Assembly (NCBI GenBank): GCA_964022095.1
Contig: CAXHZO010000001.1
Coordinates: 288,001 to 352,000, forward strand
Source of the DNA: an uncultured Arcobacteraceae bacterium
GTDB taxonomy: Bacteria; Campylobacterota; Campylobacteria; Campylobacterales; Arcobacteraceae
DNA length: 64,000 nt
Reading direction: 5' to 3'
The translations under genes were made by a program, and so were the position numbers. The stretch's first letter is position 1. The number at the start of each line of letters is the position of its first letter. The notes beneath the pieces were generated by a model. It had not been told where the DNA came from. It searched no databases and was given only the letters and a program-made list of their open reading frames with translations. This document shows, piece after piece, positions 50,569 through 60,737 of the stretch.

Positions 50569-51012
50569 ATGGAATTTACATCTGGAAACTTTTTTATAGA
50601 AACTATTGTTCCAAAAAATGAACTGATAGTTTCAAGAACTGATTTAAAAGGTAATATTACATACGCAAATGATTTATTTGCTGATATTTCAGGATATACA
50701 GTTGATGAATTATTAGGTAAACCTCATAATATAGTTAGGCACCCAGATATGCCAAAAATTATATTCAAAGAGATGTGGGAAGATTTACAAGCAAATAAAA
50801 GATGGTCAGGTTTTGTAAAAAACATGAGAAAAGATTTTGGATATTATTGGGTTTATGCAGAAATTTCTGGGGTTTATAAAAATGGTGCATTAATTGAATA
50901 TAAATCAATTAGAAGTCCAATTACATTTGAAGATAAAGTAAAATATCAAAAACAATATGACCAAATAAGAGAATATAATAGTGAACTAAAAAGAATAGTA
51001 ATATATAAATAA
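50569..51012 (+). CDS. Stand-alone PAS domain protein (Aer/CetB-like)
   Basis: [34 protein letters not shown]. Confidence 0.88.
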   Translation: MEFTSGNFFIETIVPKNELIVSRTDLKGNITYANDLFADISGYTVDELLGKPHNIVRHPDMPKIIFKEMWEDLQANKRWSGFVKNMRKDFGYYWVYAEISGVYKNGALIEYKSIRSPITFEDKVKYQKQYDQIREYNSELKRIVIYK

Positions 51013-51039
51013 TTCACTATTTTTTTGTAAAATAAAATC

Positions 51040-51417
51040 ATGAAAAAAATAACACTAATTTTACTATTTATAAGCTCTTTAATCTCTGAAAATTTAGATA
51101 TTCAAAAAGCAGTAGCAATTGGAATATTTAATGAAAATGGTGTAGGCGAAAACATACAGCATCTTACAACTACAAAAAATGATTATAATGGCACATGCTT
51201 TTCCAAAATTGTAATTTTTGGGAATTTAAATAATTCAAGTGTAAAAGTTAAAATTGGTAACTCAAGAGGTCACTTTATAAAAGCTTCACCAATATATAAT
51301 GACAAAAAACTATTAATAGGTAAAGAGATCACTTTTAAACATTATAATATCAACAAAGGCTATTTTGAAGTAAAAATTGATAATAAGTTATATGATTCTA
51401 AAGTATTCATAAAATAA
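51040..51417 (+). CDS. Hypothetical exported protein
   Basis: 125-aa ORF with signal-peptide-like N-terminus. Confidence 0.65.
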   Translation: MKKITLILLFISSLISENLDIQKAVAIGIFNENGVGENIQHLTTTKNDYNGTCFSKIVIFGNLNNSSVKVKIGNSRGHFIKASPIYNDKKLLIGKEITFKHYNINKGYFEVKIDNKLYDSKVFIK

Positions 51418-51609
51418 ATTTTTAAATTTCTTATTCTAATTAATACAGAATATATACAAATTAGTTTTTCTTATAATAAGATACAAATATTCTACTTTAA
51501 AGCTCTTAAACAAGGTAAATTTTATTTTACCCTTTTTTTATCCTATTTTTCAAAAACCTATACTTTTACATAAGCTAATTTTATCTAAAATGAATACCTA
51601 TTCATTTTA

Positions 51610-51623
51610 TTGACTTAAGTCAA
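51610..51623. promoter_or_regulatory. Crp/Fnr-type box upstream of nrfH
   Basis: TTGACTTAAGTCAA, identical to the napA box, upstream of TATACT. Confidence 0.85.
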
Positions 51624-51676
51624 TTAATTAAAGCAAAAATCCTTTTATACTTCTTTTGTGACTAAAAGGATATGCA

Positions 51677-52213
51677 ATGGAAAATAAAAAGATTGTTGTT
51701 TATGGAACAATTTTAAGCCTTCTTATAGCTGCTGGTTTATTTGTTTACACTGTATATGCATCAAATATGCTGTCATATTTATCAAGTGATCCAAAAGCCT
51801 GTATTAATTGTCATACTATGCATTCTGCATATGCGACATGGGACAAAAGTTCACATAAAAATGTGGCTGGCTGTGTTGATTGTCACCTACCAGTTGGGGA
51901 TACAATCGCAAAATATAAAGCAAAAGCAATTGATGGTTGGAACCATTCAGTGGCATTTACTTTAAGCACTTATAAGAATAACATCAAAATAGGTGAAGAT
52001 GGTGCAAATAGAGTTCAAGCAAACTGCGTTAGATGTCACACTAGTGAAAATGCGACACTAAAAGTTAATGCAGATAAATATCATAACAGTGAAGACGGAA
52101 GTCTTGAAAATGGTCGTAAGTGTTGGGAGTGTCACAAATATGTGCCACATGGGAAAGTAAGAAGTTTAACATCAACTCCATTTAATCTTGGTGTTAAAGA
52201 AAGCTTAAAATAG
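51677..52213 (+). CDS. nrfH: Cytochrome c nitrite reductase small subunit
   Basis: N-terminal TM, YLSSDPKACINCH, four CxxCH motifs. Confidence 0.95.
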   Translation: MENKKIVVYGTILSLLIAAGLFVYTVYASNMLSYLSSDPKACINCHTMHSAYATWDKSSHKNVAGCVDCHLPVGDTIAKYKAKAIDGWNHSVAFTLSTYKNNIKIGEDGANRVQANCVRCHTSENATLKVNADKYHNSEDGSLENGRKCWECHKYVPHGKVRSLTSTPFNLGVKESLK

Positions 52214-52222
52214 AGGTTCGTC

Positions 52223-53713
52223 ATGAAAAAATATAAAATATTACTTGCAGTTTCAATAATTGCAATAGGTTTAATGTCTGCGTTATTAGCTTCAATAAAT
52301 GAAAAAAAAGATGAGAAAGAGCTTTTAAATCAAGTTCCTAAAATCGATAGATGGGAAACAAAGAATGAAGAGTTCAGAAAGTTTTATCCAAGACAATATG
52401 ACTCATGGAAAAAAACTAAAAACTCTGATGACATAGATGATATGTTAAAAAAGTATCCTGAGTTAGTTGTATTATGGGCAGGATATGGTTTTGCAAAAGA
52501 TTACAATGCTCCAAGAGGTCACTTTTATGCGATTGAAGATAACAGAAATACATTAAGAACGGGTGGTCCAGTTGATGATAAAACAGGTCCAATGCCAACT
52601 GCTTGTTGGACTTGTAAATCTCCAGATGTTCCAAAAATCATGAAAGAAGATGGTGATATGGAATACTTTACTGGTAAATGGGCTAAATATGGTTCAGATA
52701 TTATCAATCCAATTGGATGTGTTGATTGTCATAATCCAGAAACTATGGAGTTACAAGTTAATAGAAACTATTTAAATGAAGGTTTAAAAGCTGAGGGTTC
52801 AGGATTAACGTTAGATAATGCAACTCAACAAGATATGAGAACTATGGTTTGTGCACAATGTCACTCTGAATACTACTTTAATAAAACTCCATTAGCAAAT
52901 GGTAAAAAAGCTGCTGTAGTAACTTTTCCATGGGGAGAAGGAACATCAGTTGAAGATATGGAAAAATATTACGACAATATGAATTTCAAAGATTGGACTC
53001 ATAAAATTTCTAAAACTCCAATGCTAAAAGCACAACACCCAGGTTACGAAATGTGGAAAACTGGAGCACATGGAAGAAACAATGTATCTTGTGCAGATTG
53101 TCACATGCCATATGTTCAAGAAGGTGGTATCAAATATACAGATCATAACATAGGAAATCCATTAGAAAATATGGACAAAACTTGTATGAACTGTCACAGA
53201 ACTGGTGAGCAAGATTTATTAGCAAATATTGCTGCTAAAAGAGATAGAAAAGATGAATTACATAAAAAAACTATGACTCAGTTATCTGCTGCACACTTAG
53301 AAGCTGGTAAAGCTTGGGAAGTAGGTGCTACTGAAGAAGAAATGAAACCAATTTTAACTGATATTAGACATGCTCAATGGAGATGGGATTACGCTGTTGC
53401 TTCACATCCTGCATTTTTCCATGCACCAGAGGAGACACTAAAAGTATTAGGAACTGCTGTTGAAAAAGCAGGAAATGCAAGAATCAAATTAGCTAAAGTT
53501 CTAGCTAAATATGGAGCTGCTGATTATGTAGCACCAGTTATTACAGATAAAAAACAAGCTCAAGAAGTAATTGGATTACCTTTTGAAAAACTTGTTGATG
53601 AGAAAAAGAAATTCCAAAATGGCTTAATGCAAGAATGGAAAAAAGAAGCTGAGAAAAAAGGTATTTACAACCCTAAATCAACTGAAGGTATTGAAGATAA
53701 AACTTCATACTAA
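52223..53713 (+). CDS. nrfA: Ammonia-forming cytochrome c nitrite reductase
   Basis: CWTCK active-site motif plus four CxxCH, LWAGYGFAKDY, LKAQHP. Confidence 0.97.
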   Translation: MKKYKILLAVSIIAIGLMSALLASINEKKDEKELLNQVPKIDRWETKNEEFRKFYPRQYDSWKKTKNSDDIDDMLKKYPELVVLWAGYGFAKDYNAPRGHFYAIEDNRNTLRTGGPVDDKTGPMPTACWTCKSPDVPKIMKEDGDMEYFTGKWAKYGSDIINPIGCVDCHNPETMELQVNRNYLNEGLKAEGSGLTLDNATQQDMRTMVCAQCHSEYYFNKTPLANGKKAAVVTFPWGEGTSVEDMEKYYDNMNFKDWTHKISKTPMLKAQHPGYEMWKTGAHGRNNVSCADCHMPYVQEGGIKYTDHNIGNPLENMDKTCMNCHRTGEQDLLANIAAKRDRKDELHKKTMTQLSAAHLEAGKAWEVGATEEEMKPILTDIRHAQWRWDYAVASHPAFFHAPEETLKVLGTAVEKAGNARIKLAKVLAKYGAADYVAPVITDKKQAQEVIGLPFEKLVDEKKKFQNGLMQEWKKEAEKKGIYNPKSTEGIEDKTSY

Positions 53714-53721
53714 AAACAAGG

Positions 53722-53750
53722 ATTAAGAAGAGTTTTCTCTTCTTAATTTC
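53722..53750 (+). terminator. Hairpin after nrfA
   Basis: ATTAAGAAGAG-TTTT-CTCTTCTTAAT then T-rich. Confidence 0.65.
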
Positions 53751-53830
53751 TATTATTTGCAAGTAACATCAAAAAAATTACCTCCTTACTATCTCCTTAT
53801 TTGACAATTTGGTGTTACTTGCAAATAATA
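53751..53830 (+). other. 23-bp stem with 34-nt loop carrying two anti-SD motifs
   Basis: Arms 53751-53773 and 53808-53830 pair fully (one U-G); loop contains CCTCCTT and TCTCCTT. Confidence 0.65.
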
Positions 53831-53856
53831 GACAAAATATTAAAAATGAGATGATT

Positions 53857-56800
53857 ATGAAAAAAATATTTAAAACACTATTTAGCATGGAAGTTATGAC
53901 TGTATTATTAGTCTTTATGGCTTTAGCATGTGCTGTTGCAACTTTTATTGAAAATGATTTTGGCCCACTTGGTTCTAAATCTTTTGTTTATGGCCAAACA
54001 TGGTTTGAAATTATAATGCTTTTACTAACTATTGGTGTAATTTTTAATATCATTTGGTTTAAGATGTATAAACTTAAAAAGTTTTTTATTTTTATGATAC
54101 ATATTTCACTTGTATTTATTTTTATAGGAGCTGCACTTACTAGATATTTAGGATATGAAGCAATTATGACTATTCCTGAAGGTGCAATGGAAAACAAAGT
54201 TTATTCAAGTGATGAGTATATTCAAATAAAAATTGATGATGAGACTTATGATAAAAAAGTTTTAATGACTCCATTGTGGCAATCAAATTTTGATTATGAT
54301 ACAACAATTGACAATAAACCCTTAGAGATAAAATTCAATAGATTTGTTCAAAATGCTGTAGAGAAAATAGTTCCAGCAACAAATGGAAAGCCTTTAATGA
54401 ATATCTTGGTGTCTGAATTTTCAGGAACTAAAAGTTTTGATTTAAAAGACAATAGTCATGTTGACAGTAAATTAATCTCTTTTTCACTAAATAAAAAAAT
54501 AGATACTAAAAAACCAACAGTAAATTTTGAAATAATCAATAATGATTTTTATATTTCATCTAACTTAAAACTAACACAACATACACAAGATATGACTCAA
54601 AAAAGAGATATAAAAGCAAATACAAAAATCAAACTTGATATAGGCTCTATTTTTCAAATAGGGCAAACACATTTTAGAATACCCCAAGCTCAAATAAAAG
54701 GAAATGTGGCAATTGTAAGTGACTTTACAAATGAAATACCAAAAGAGATGCAGTTAAATGCAGTAATTTTAGATGTGACTTACAATAATAATACTATAGA
54801 AGTTCCTTTATATGGTAGAGGTGGTTCAAATAAAGGAATCTCTAGAAATCTAATAATAGCAAATAAGAATATTAACTTTCAATGGGGAACAAAAGAGTTT
54901 ACCCTTCCATTTTCAATTTTATTAAATGACTTCAAATTAGATAGATACCCTGGTTCAATGTCCCCTTCTTCATATTCAAGTGACGTAAAAATATATGATA
55001 AACAAGCAGGAGATTCATTTGAATATAAAATATATATGAACAATGTTCTTGATTATAAAGGATATAGATTCTTTCAATCTTCATATAAAATGGATGAAAG
55101 TGCAACAATTCTTTCAGTTAACAAAGATCCAGGGAAAATTCCTACATATATAGGTTATGCACTTTTATTTACGGGTTTACTATTAAGTTTATTTATTAGT
55201 AATAGTAGATTTAAAAAACTAAGTACAAAAAAATATACAGTTGAAAATATAAAACATACATATTCAATAAAAAAAGCAGCGATAACTTTAATCTTAGGAT
55301 TACTTTTTGTAGTTACTCCACAAGATAGTTTTAGTCAAAATTTAGATGAATCACAAAAGATAATTTTAAATATAGATAAGAATCATAGTGATCAATTAGG
55401 TTCATTGATCATTCAAGACTATCAAGGAAGAATAAAACCTCTTAACTCTTTAGCTATTGAAATTATGAATAAAATTACAAGAAAAAATGAACTTTATGGT
55501 TTAGATGCAAACCAATTTTTTATAAGTATGATTTTATATCCAGAAACTTGGAAGAAGTTAGCTATTTTTAAAGTAAAAAACCCTAAAACTAAAGAGCTTT
55601 TAGATTTAAAACCGCAAAGTAAATACTTTAAATTTAATGATATTTATACAAAATCTGGAGAATATAAACTACAAAATGTTTTAGAAATAGCAAATAATAA
55701 AAAAGCTTCATTAAGAAATAAGTTCGACAAAGAAATTATCAAAATAGATGAAAGACTAAATATAGCTTATGCTTTATATGTTGGGGATTTTTTAAGAGCA
55801 TTCCCTTTAAAAGGTGATAAAAATAATAAATGGCTAAATATAACTGAAGCTACAAGTTATGATAGTACTGAATCAAAATTGATAAATAATATAATCAAAA
55901 AATACTATTTTTCCCTAATCCATGGAACTACAACGAATAACTGGGATAAAGCAAATAATGTTTTAGAAGAGATAAAAGACTTCCAAATGATTTATGCTTC
56001 AAGATTAATTCCAAGTGATTTAAAAATACAAGCAGAACTATTTTTCAATAAATTTAATATATTTGAAAGACTTACTCCATTTTACTTAATATTAGGATTT
56101 GTACTTTTAACCCTTGTATTTATAAATATTTTTAACCCAAAAATTAAAATAACTAAAGTGACAAAAATAACTTTATATTTTCTAATTGTAGCTTTTATTT
56201 TACATACAATTGGTTTAGCTTTAAGATGGTATATTTCAGGTCATGCTCCATGGTCAAATGGATATGAATCTATGATTTATATTGCATGGGCTATTGCTTT
56301 ATCTGGAATATTCTTCTCAAAACATTCTCATCTAGCCCTTGCAACAACTTCTATATTAAGTGGTATTACACTTTTTGTAGCTCACTTAAGCTGGATGGAG
56401 CCACAAATTACAACTTTAGCACCAGTACTTAAATCTTACTGGCTTACTATTCATGTAAGTGTAATTACAGCTAGTTATGGATTTTTAGCACTTAGTGCAC
56501 TTTTAGGATTTATTTCATTATGCTTATTTATCTTTGCAAATCCAAAAAAAGAAAATGATAGATTTTTCAGAATTTTAGTAAGTATTAAAGAATCAAATAG
56601 AATCAATGAAATGTCAATTCTTTTAGGACTTGTATTACTTGTAATTGGAAACTTTTTAGGTGGTATTTGGGCCAATGAATCATGGGGTAGATATTGGGGT
56701 TGGGATCCTAAGGAGACTTGGACTTTAATTTCAATTATCATTTATGCAATTATTCTTCATTTAAAATACATTAAAGATGCTTTTAATGATTATACCTTAA

Positions 56801-56985
56801 GTGTGTTATCTGTAATTAGCTATTTTAGTATTATTATGACTTATTTTGGAGTAAACTATTTTTTAAGTGGTAAACATTCTTATGCAGCTGGGGATCCAAT
56901 ACAAATTCCAACATTTGTATACGTATCAATTATTATCATATTTGCTGTAATTACAATGTCTTTTAAAAATAGAAAAGTGCTTTAA
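53857..56985 (+). CDS. nrfI: Cytochrome c synthase CcsBA fusion (NrfI-like)
   Basis: ATFIEND, RYPGSMSPSSY, GYRFFQSSY, HAPWSNGYES, WANESWGRYWGWDPKETW; follows nrfHA. Confidence 0.9.
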   Translation: MKKIFKTLFSMEVMTVLLVFMALACAVATFIENDFGPLGSKSFVYGQTWFEIIMLLLTIGVIFNIIWFKMYKLKKFFIFMIHISLVFIFIGAALTRYLGYEAIMTIPEGAMENKVYSSDEYIQIKIDDETYDKKVLMTPLWQSNFDYDTTIDNKPLEIKFNRFVQNAVEKIVPATNGKPLMNILVSEFSGTKSFDLKDNSHVDSKLISFSLNKKIDTKKPTVNFEIINNDFYISSNLKLTQHTQDMTQKRDIKANTKIKLDIGSIFQIGQTHFRIPQAQIKGNVAIVSDFTNEIPKEMQLNAVILDVTYNNNTIEVPLYGRGGSNKGISRNLIIANKNINFQWGTKEFTLPFSILLNDFKLDRYPGSMSPSSYSSDVKIYDKQAGDSFEYKIYMNNVLDYKGYRFFQSSYKMDESATILSVNKDPGKIPTYIGYALLFTGLLLSLFISNSRFKKLSTKKYTVENIKHTYSIKKAAITLILGLLFVVTPQDSFSQNLDESQKIILNIDKNHSDQLGSLIIQDYQGRIKPLNSLAIEIMNKITRKNELYGLDANQFFISMILYPETWKKLAIFKVKNPKTKELLDLKPQSKYFKFNDIYTKSGEYKLQNVLEIANNKKASLRNKFDKEIIKIDERLNIAYALYVGDFLRAFPLKGDKNNKWLNITEATSYDSTESKLINNIIKKYYFSLIHGTTTNNWDKANNVLEEIKDFQMIYASRLIPSDLKIQAELFFNKFNIFERLTPFYLILGFVLLTLVFINIFNPKIKITKVTKITLYFLIVAFILHTIGLALRWYISGHAPWSNGYESMIYIAWAIALSGIFFSKHSHLALATTSILSGITLFVAHLSWMEPQITTLAPVLKSYWLTIHVSVITASYGFLALSALLGFISLCLFIFANPKKENDRFFRILVSIKESNRINEMSILLGLVLLVIGNFLGGIWANESWGRYWGWDPKETWTLISIIIYAIILHLKYIKDAFNDYTLSVLSVISYFSIIMTYFGVNYFLSGKHSYAAGDPIQIPTFVYVSIIIIFAVITMSFKNRKVL

Positions 56986-57120
56986 AAGAATATTTTATTA
57001 CTAATATCTATTTTTAAACTTAAAACTGTAAGTATGTTTAAAAACTAATCAAAAAAATTAAGATATTTTTTATAAAGATAGCATTAACATAGCAATTTTT
57101 AAGTTTATACAGGTATAATT

Positions 57121-57268
57121 TTACTAAATAAGAAGTTTTATCATTATCTCTCCTTAGTAAATATTACATATGTAATTATTTCAGATGGAACTTCCTTATT
57201 TATTTACTTCTTAATTAAATTTAGTCATACAAGGAAATGTAGTGGGTACATCTCCTTGTATTTTTTTT
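57121..57268 (+). ncRNA. Candidate small RNA with C/U-rich anti-SD motifs
   Basis: TATAAT at 57114-57119, three TCCTT motifs, terminal hairpin 57227-57261 plus T8; no convincing ORF. Confidence 0.45.
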
Positions 57269-57280
57269 GCCTAAAATTTC

Positions 57281-59029
57281 CTAGATAGTTTCTAAAGTAT
57301 TATTTCCAGCAGTAGATTTTAAAGACATTTGTCTTGTAGTATCCATTGTATATGTAGTTGAATCAGTATTATTTAAATAGTGCCAAGTCGTATTTACCTC
57401 ATCATTAGTAAATGTAACTTCCATAAATCCTCTTTGATTAAAATTCGCATATAATAAATCATCAATTAATGTTGTAATCGCATATTCAAATTGCATCGAA
57501 GCTTGCATTGTAGGTAAACCTACACTTTGTTCAAATCCTGGAGAACTAATAGAAGTTGTAGCAAACTCCACTCCTACATTATTCCCAGAATTATCTTTTA
57601 AGTTATTTGCCCAAGAGTTATGTGTATCCCCTGAAAGAACAACTAAGTTTTTACCATAAGCAGCGGCTGTTCCTAAAATCACTTCTCTTTCATAGAAATA
57701 TCCATCCCATGCATCTAAATTATATGGTAAAAGTGTAGTTAATCTTACATTTGTAGGATCTGTTAATTTCAGTGTCACAAGTTCAGTAATAGTAGCGTTT
57801 AATTGAGTTAAAACTGCAACTTTTTGCTCGGCATTTAAAGCTGCATCAAGTTGAGAAATCAATACTAATAATTCTGCTGGTAAAAACATTTTACCCATTA
57901 GAACTTGTTGTCCTAAAACCTGCCATTTTGTATTTGATGATACAAGTTTTGTTTGAAGCCATGTTAATTGTTCACTGCCTAACATAGTTCTTGTATCATT
58001 TGTTAAATCAGCAGAAAATGAAGCTGAATCAAAATTCCCTAAGTTATCATAATAGTTGATATAGCTTAATTGTTTGTCTCTTCCTATAACTCTAGTATCA
58101 AGCATATATAAACTTACTAAATCACCAAACTCGAAGTTTCTGTATATTGTTTCATTATCATTTTTATCAAATGGTCTTATTGGAAGCCATTCAAAATATG
58201 CCTGAAGTGCAGCTAATTTTCTATCTTCAAAATCACCTTCAGTGTCATTATGATTTTCTGCTCCATCTTTATATGTATCATTTGCTACTTCATGATCATC
58301 CCAAACAGTTATAAATGGCACACTTTTATGTAAAGCTACTGAGCCTTCATCTGTATGGTATAAAGCATATCTATTTCTATAGTCTTCTAAAGTCAAACAT
58401 TCTGTATCATTACTACTTGGTAATACTCTTCCAATAGTTGAAGCATTTTGAGTAGCATATGCAGGTGTTATACCATCTGATTCAAACATACCATACTCAT
58501 AAATGTAATCACCTAAATGTACAACAACATCTAAATCTTCAATTTTTGATGCTTCCATATATGAGTTAAAATAACCATTTGTATAATTTGCACATGAGAA
58601 TACTGCCATTTTAACTTGACTTGGATTTGATGAAATTGTTTTTGTTTTACCTACTATTGAGATTTTATCATTTGATTTAAATCTATAGTAATAAACTGTG
58701 TTTTCTTCTAGATTTTGTAAATCAATTTTTACTGTATAATCTTGATCTTTTTTAGTAGTTATTTCTCCAGAGTGAGTAAGAGTAGTAAAGTTACTATCTT
58801 TTGATACTTCATATCCTAATCTTAAAATATTAAGTTCTTTTTGTGGAGTCAATCTAGTCCATATGATTAATTTATCAGTAAGAGGATCACCACTAGCAAC
58901 TCCATGTTTAAAATCAACATCTGTAGGGTTCCAAATATTTGCACAGCCACTAAGTCCTGTTGATACAACTAATGAGCAAGCTGTTAGTGCAGAAATTTTT
59001 ATAAAATCTCTTCTAGAAAGTTTTAACAT
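57281..59029 (-). CDS. phoD: Alkaline phosphatase D family, Tat-exported lipoprotein
   Basis: SRRDFIK, LSGC lipobox, FKHGVASGDP, HLGDYIYEY, WDDHE, DAWDGY, SGDTH. Confidence 0.92.
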   Translation of the reverse strand: MLKLSRRDFIKISALTACSLVVSTGLSGCANIWNPTDVDFKHGVASGDPLTDKLIIWTRLTPQKELNILRLGYEVSKDSNFTTLTHSGEITTKKDQDYTVKIDLQNLEENTVYYYRFKSNDKISIVGKTKTISSNPSQVKMAVFSCANYTNGYFNSYMEASKIEDLDVVVHLGDYIYEYGMFESDGITPAYATQNASTIGRVLPSSNDTECLTLEDYRNRYALYHTDEGSVALHKSVPFITVWDDHEVANDTYKDGAENHNDTEGDFEDRKLAALQAYFEWLPIRPFDKNDNETIYRNFEFGDLVSLYMLDTRVIGRDKQLSYINYYDNLGNFDSASFSADLTNDTRTMLGSEQLTWLQTKLVSSNTKWQVLGQQVLMGKMFLPAELLVLISQLDAALNAEQKVAVLTQLNATITELVTLKLTDPTNVRLTTLLPYNLDAWDGYFYEREVILGTAAAYGKNLVVLSGDTHNSWANNLKDNSGNNVGVEFATTSISSPGFEQSVGLPTMQASMQFEYAITTLIDDLLYANFNQRGFMEVTFTNDEVNTTWHYLNNTDSTTYTMDTTRQMSLKSTAGNNTLETI

Positions 59030-59110
59030 ATTATTACCTTATAATTTTTTAATAATAATATAATAAATTTTATTACAAAATAGCCTCAAAGGAGTTAAAC
59101 CCCTTTGAAA

Positions 59111-60349
59111 TTACATATATTTTTTAAGAACTTCTGGAATTGCTACAGTTCCATCTGCTTGTTGATAGTTTTCCATAATTGCAACTAATGTTCTTCCAAC
59201 TGCTAGTGAAGATCCATTTAAAGTATGAGCAAGAATATTTTTCTTTCCATCTTTATATCTGATTTTAGCACGTCTTGCTTGGAATTCTTTAGTATTTGAA
59301 ATTGAGCTTATTTCTCTAAATTTATTTTGTCCAGGAAGCCATACTTCTAAATCAATTGTAGTTGCTGCACTAAATCCAAGGTCACCAGTACATAATTGAA
59401 CTTTTTGGTGAGCAAGTCCTAAAGAAGTTAATAAATCACTAGCACAAGCAACCATTTTTTCAAATACTTCAGCTGATTGCTCTTGTTTTGTAATAGCAAC
59501 CATTTCAACTTTGTCAAATTGGTGTTGTCTTATTAATCCTCTTGTATCACGTCCTGCACTTCCTGCTTCTTTTCTAAAACAAGGAGTATAAGAAGTTAAC
59601 ATTAAAGGTAATTCTTCAGAGGGAACAATTTCGTCATTATAAAGATTTGTTAAACTAACTTCAGCAGTAGGAATTAAGTATAAATCTTCACCTTCAATTT
59701 TAAATAAATCATCTTCAAATTTTGGTAATTGTCCAGTTCCCTGAAGTGTATTTGAGTTTGCCATAAATGGAACATACCACTCTTCAAAACCTCTTTGTCT
59801 ATTAAAGTCAAGCATATAATTAATAAGTGCTCGCTCTAATCTTGCACCTTGACCTTTAATAGCTGAGAATCTAGATTTTGCTAGCTTAACTCCTCTTTCA
59901 AAGTCTAACCAACCATTAGGTAAATCCCAATGCTCTTTTGGTTCAAAATCAAATGTTGGCTTTTCACCAATAGTTTCTAAAACAACATTTTCATCTTCAT
60001 CAGCACCATCTGGTACATTTTCATCTGGTAAATTTGGAACACCTAAAGCAAGAGAAGTTAGCTCATCTTCAATAACTCTTACTTCATCTTCCATTGTTTG
60101 TTTATTGTATTTTAATTCATTTATTTCAGCTTGAAGAGAAGCAATATCTAAGCCCTCTTTTTTATATCTTCCAAACTCTTTTGATAATTTATTTTGCTGT
60201 GCAGTGATATCTTCCATCTCTTGTCTTTTTGCTTTTGCAGTAAATGAGATGTTTTGTAGATTATCAAGAATATCTTGTGATACGCCTTTTCTTTTTAAAG
60301 CGCTTGCAGTTGTTTCAAAGTCTTTTTGTAGTTGTTTTATATCAATCAT
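59111..60349 (-). CDS. serS: Serine--tRNA ligase
   Basis: [45 protein letters not shown]. Confidence 0.98.
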   Translation of the reverse strand: MIDIKQLQKDFETTASALKRKGVSQDILDNLQNISFTAKAKRQEMEDITAQQNKLSKEFGRYKKEGLDIASLQAEINELKYNKQTMEDEVRVIEDELTSLALGVPNLPDENVPDGADEDENVVLETIGEKPTFDFEPKEHWDLPNGWLDFERGVKLAKSRFSAIKGQGARLERALINYMLDFNRQRGFEEWYVPFMANSNTLQGTGQLPKFEDDLFKIEGEDLYLIPTAEVSLTNLYNDEIVPSEELPLMLTSYTPCFRKEAGSAGRDTRGLIRQHQFDKVEMVAITKQEQSAEVFEKMVACASDLLTSLGLAHQKVQLCTGDLGFSAATTIDLEVWLPGQNKFREISSISNTKEFQARRAKIRYKDGKKNILAHTLNGSSLAVGRTLVAIMENYQQADGTVAIPEVLKKYM

Positions 60350-60420
60350 TCTAAACTCTTTGTACTTATTTTTTGTGGCATTATAGCTAAAAAAATCTAC
60401 AAAGAGATTAGATGAAAAAT

Positions 60421-60627
60421 TTATCCGTTCATTTCCATTTTTATAATAACTTCATCATTTATATATTCAGCTTTAAATTTATGTTTGTGACAGAAGTCTT
60501 CATTCATTGCCATACACATTTCTTGTGCTTTTTGTAATGCTTCATCTACTGTTTCAAATTGTGTTTCAGCTTCAAAATCAGAATTTCTAAAACATCCACA
60601 TTGTCTTTCAACTTTTACAATTGTCAT
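60421..60627 (-). CDS. Small Cys/His-containing hypothetical protein
   Basis: AGGAG RBS; CGCF and FCHKH motifs. Confidence 0.75.
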   Translation of the reverse strand: MTIVKVERQCGCFRNSDFEAETQFETVDEALQKAQEMCMAMNEDFCHKHKFKAEYINDEVIIKMEMNG

Positions 60628-60737
60628 AATATCTATCTCCTATAATTTTTTTCGAAATTGTAGCATAAACTTTTTACAATATCTTTTATAAATCAATAAT
60701 TAATAGTTATCAAATTGATAAACTAGTAATATATCTT

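Noticed and set aside
57077-57094. Eighth copy of the PQQ-regulon motif
   Set aside because: Both half-sites deviate and there is no -10 box 9 nt away in the matching orientation.
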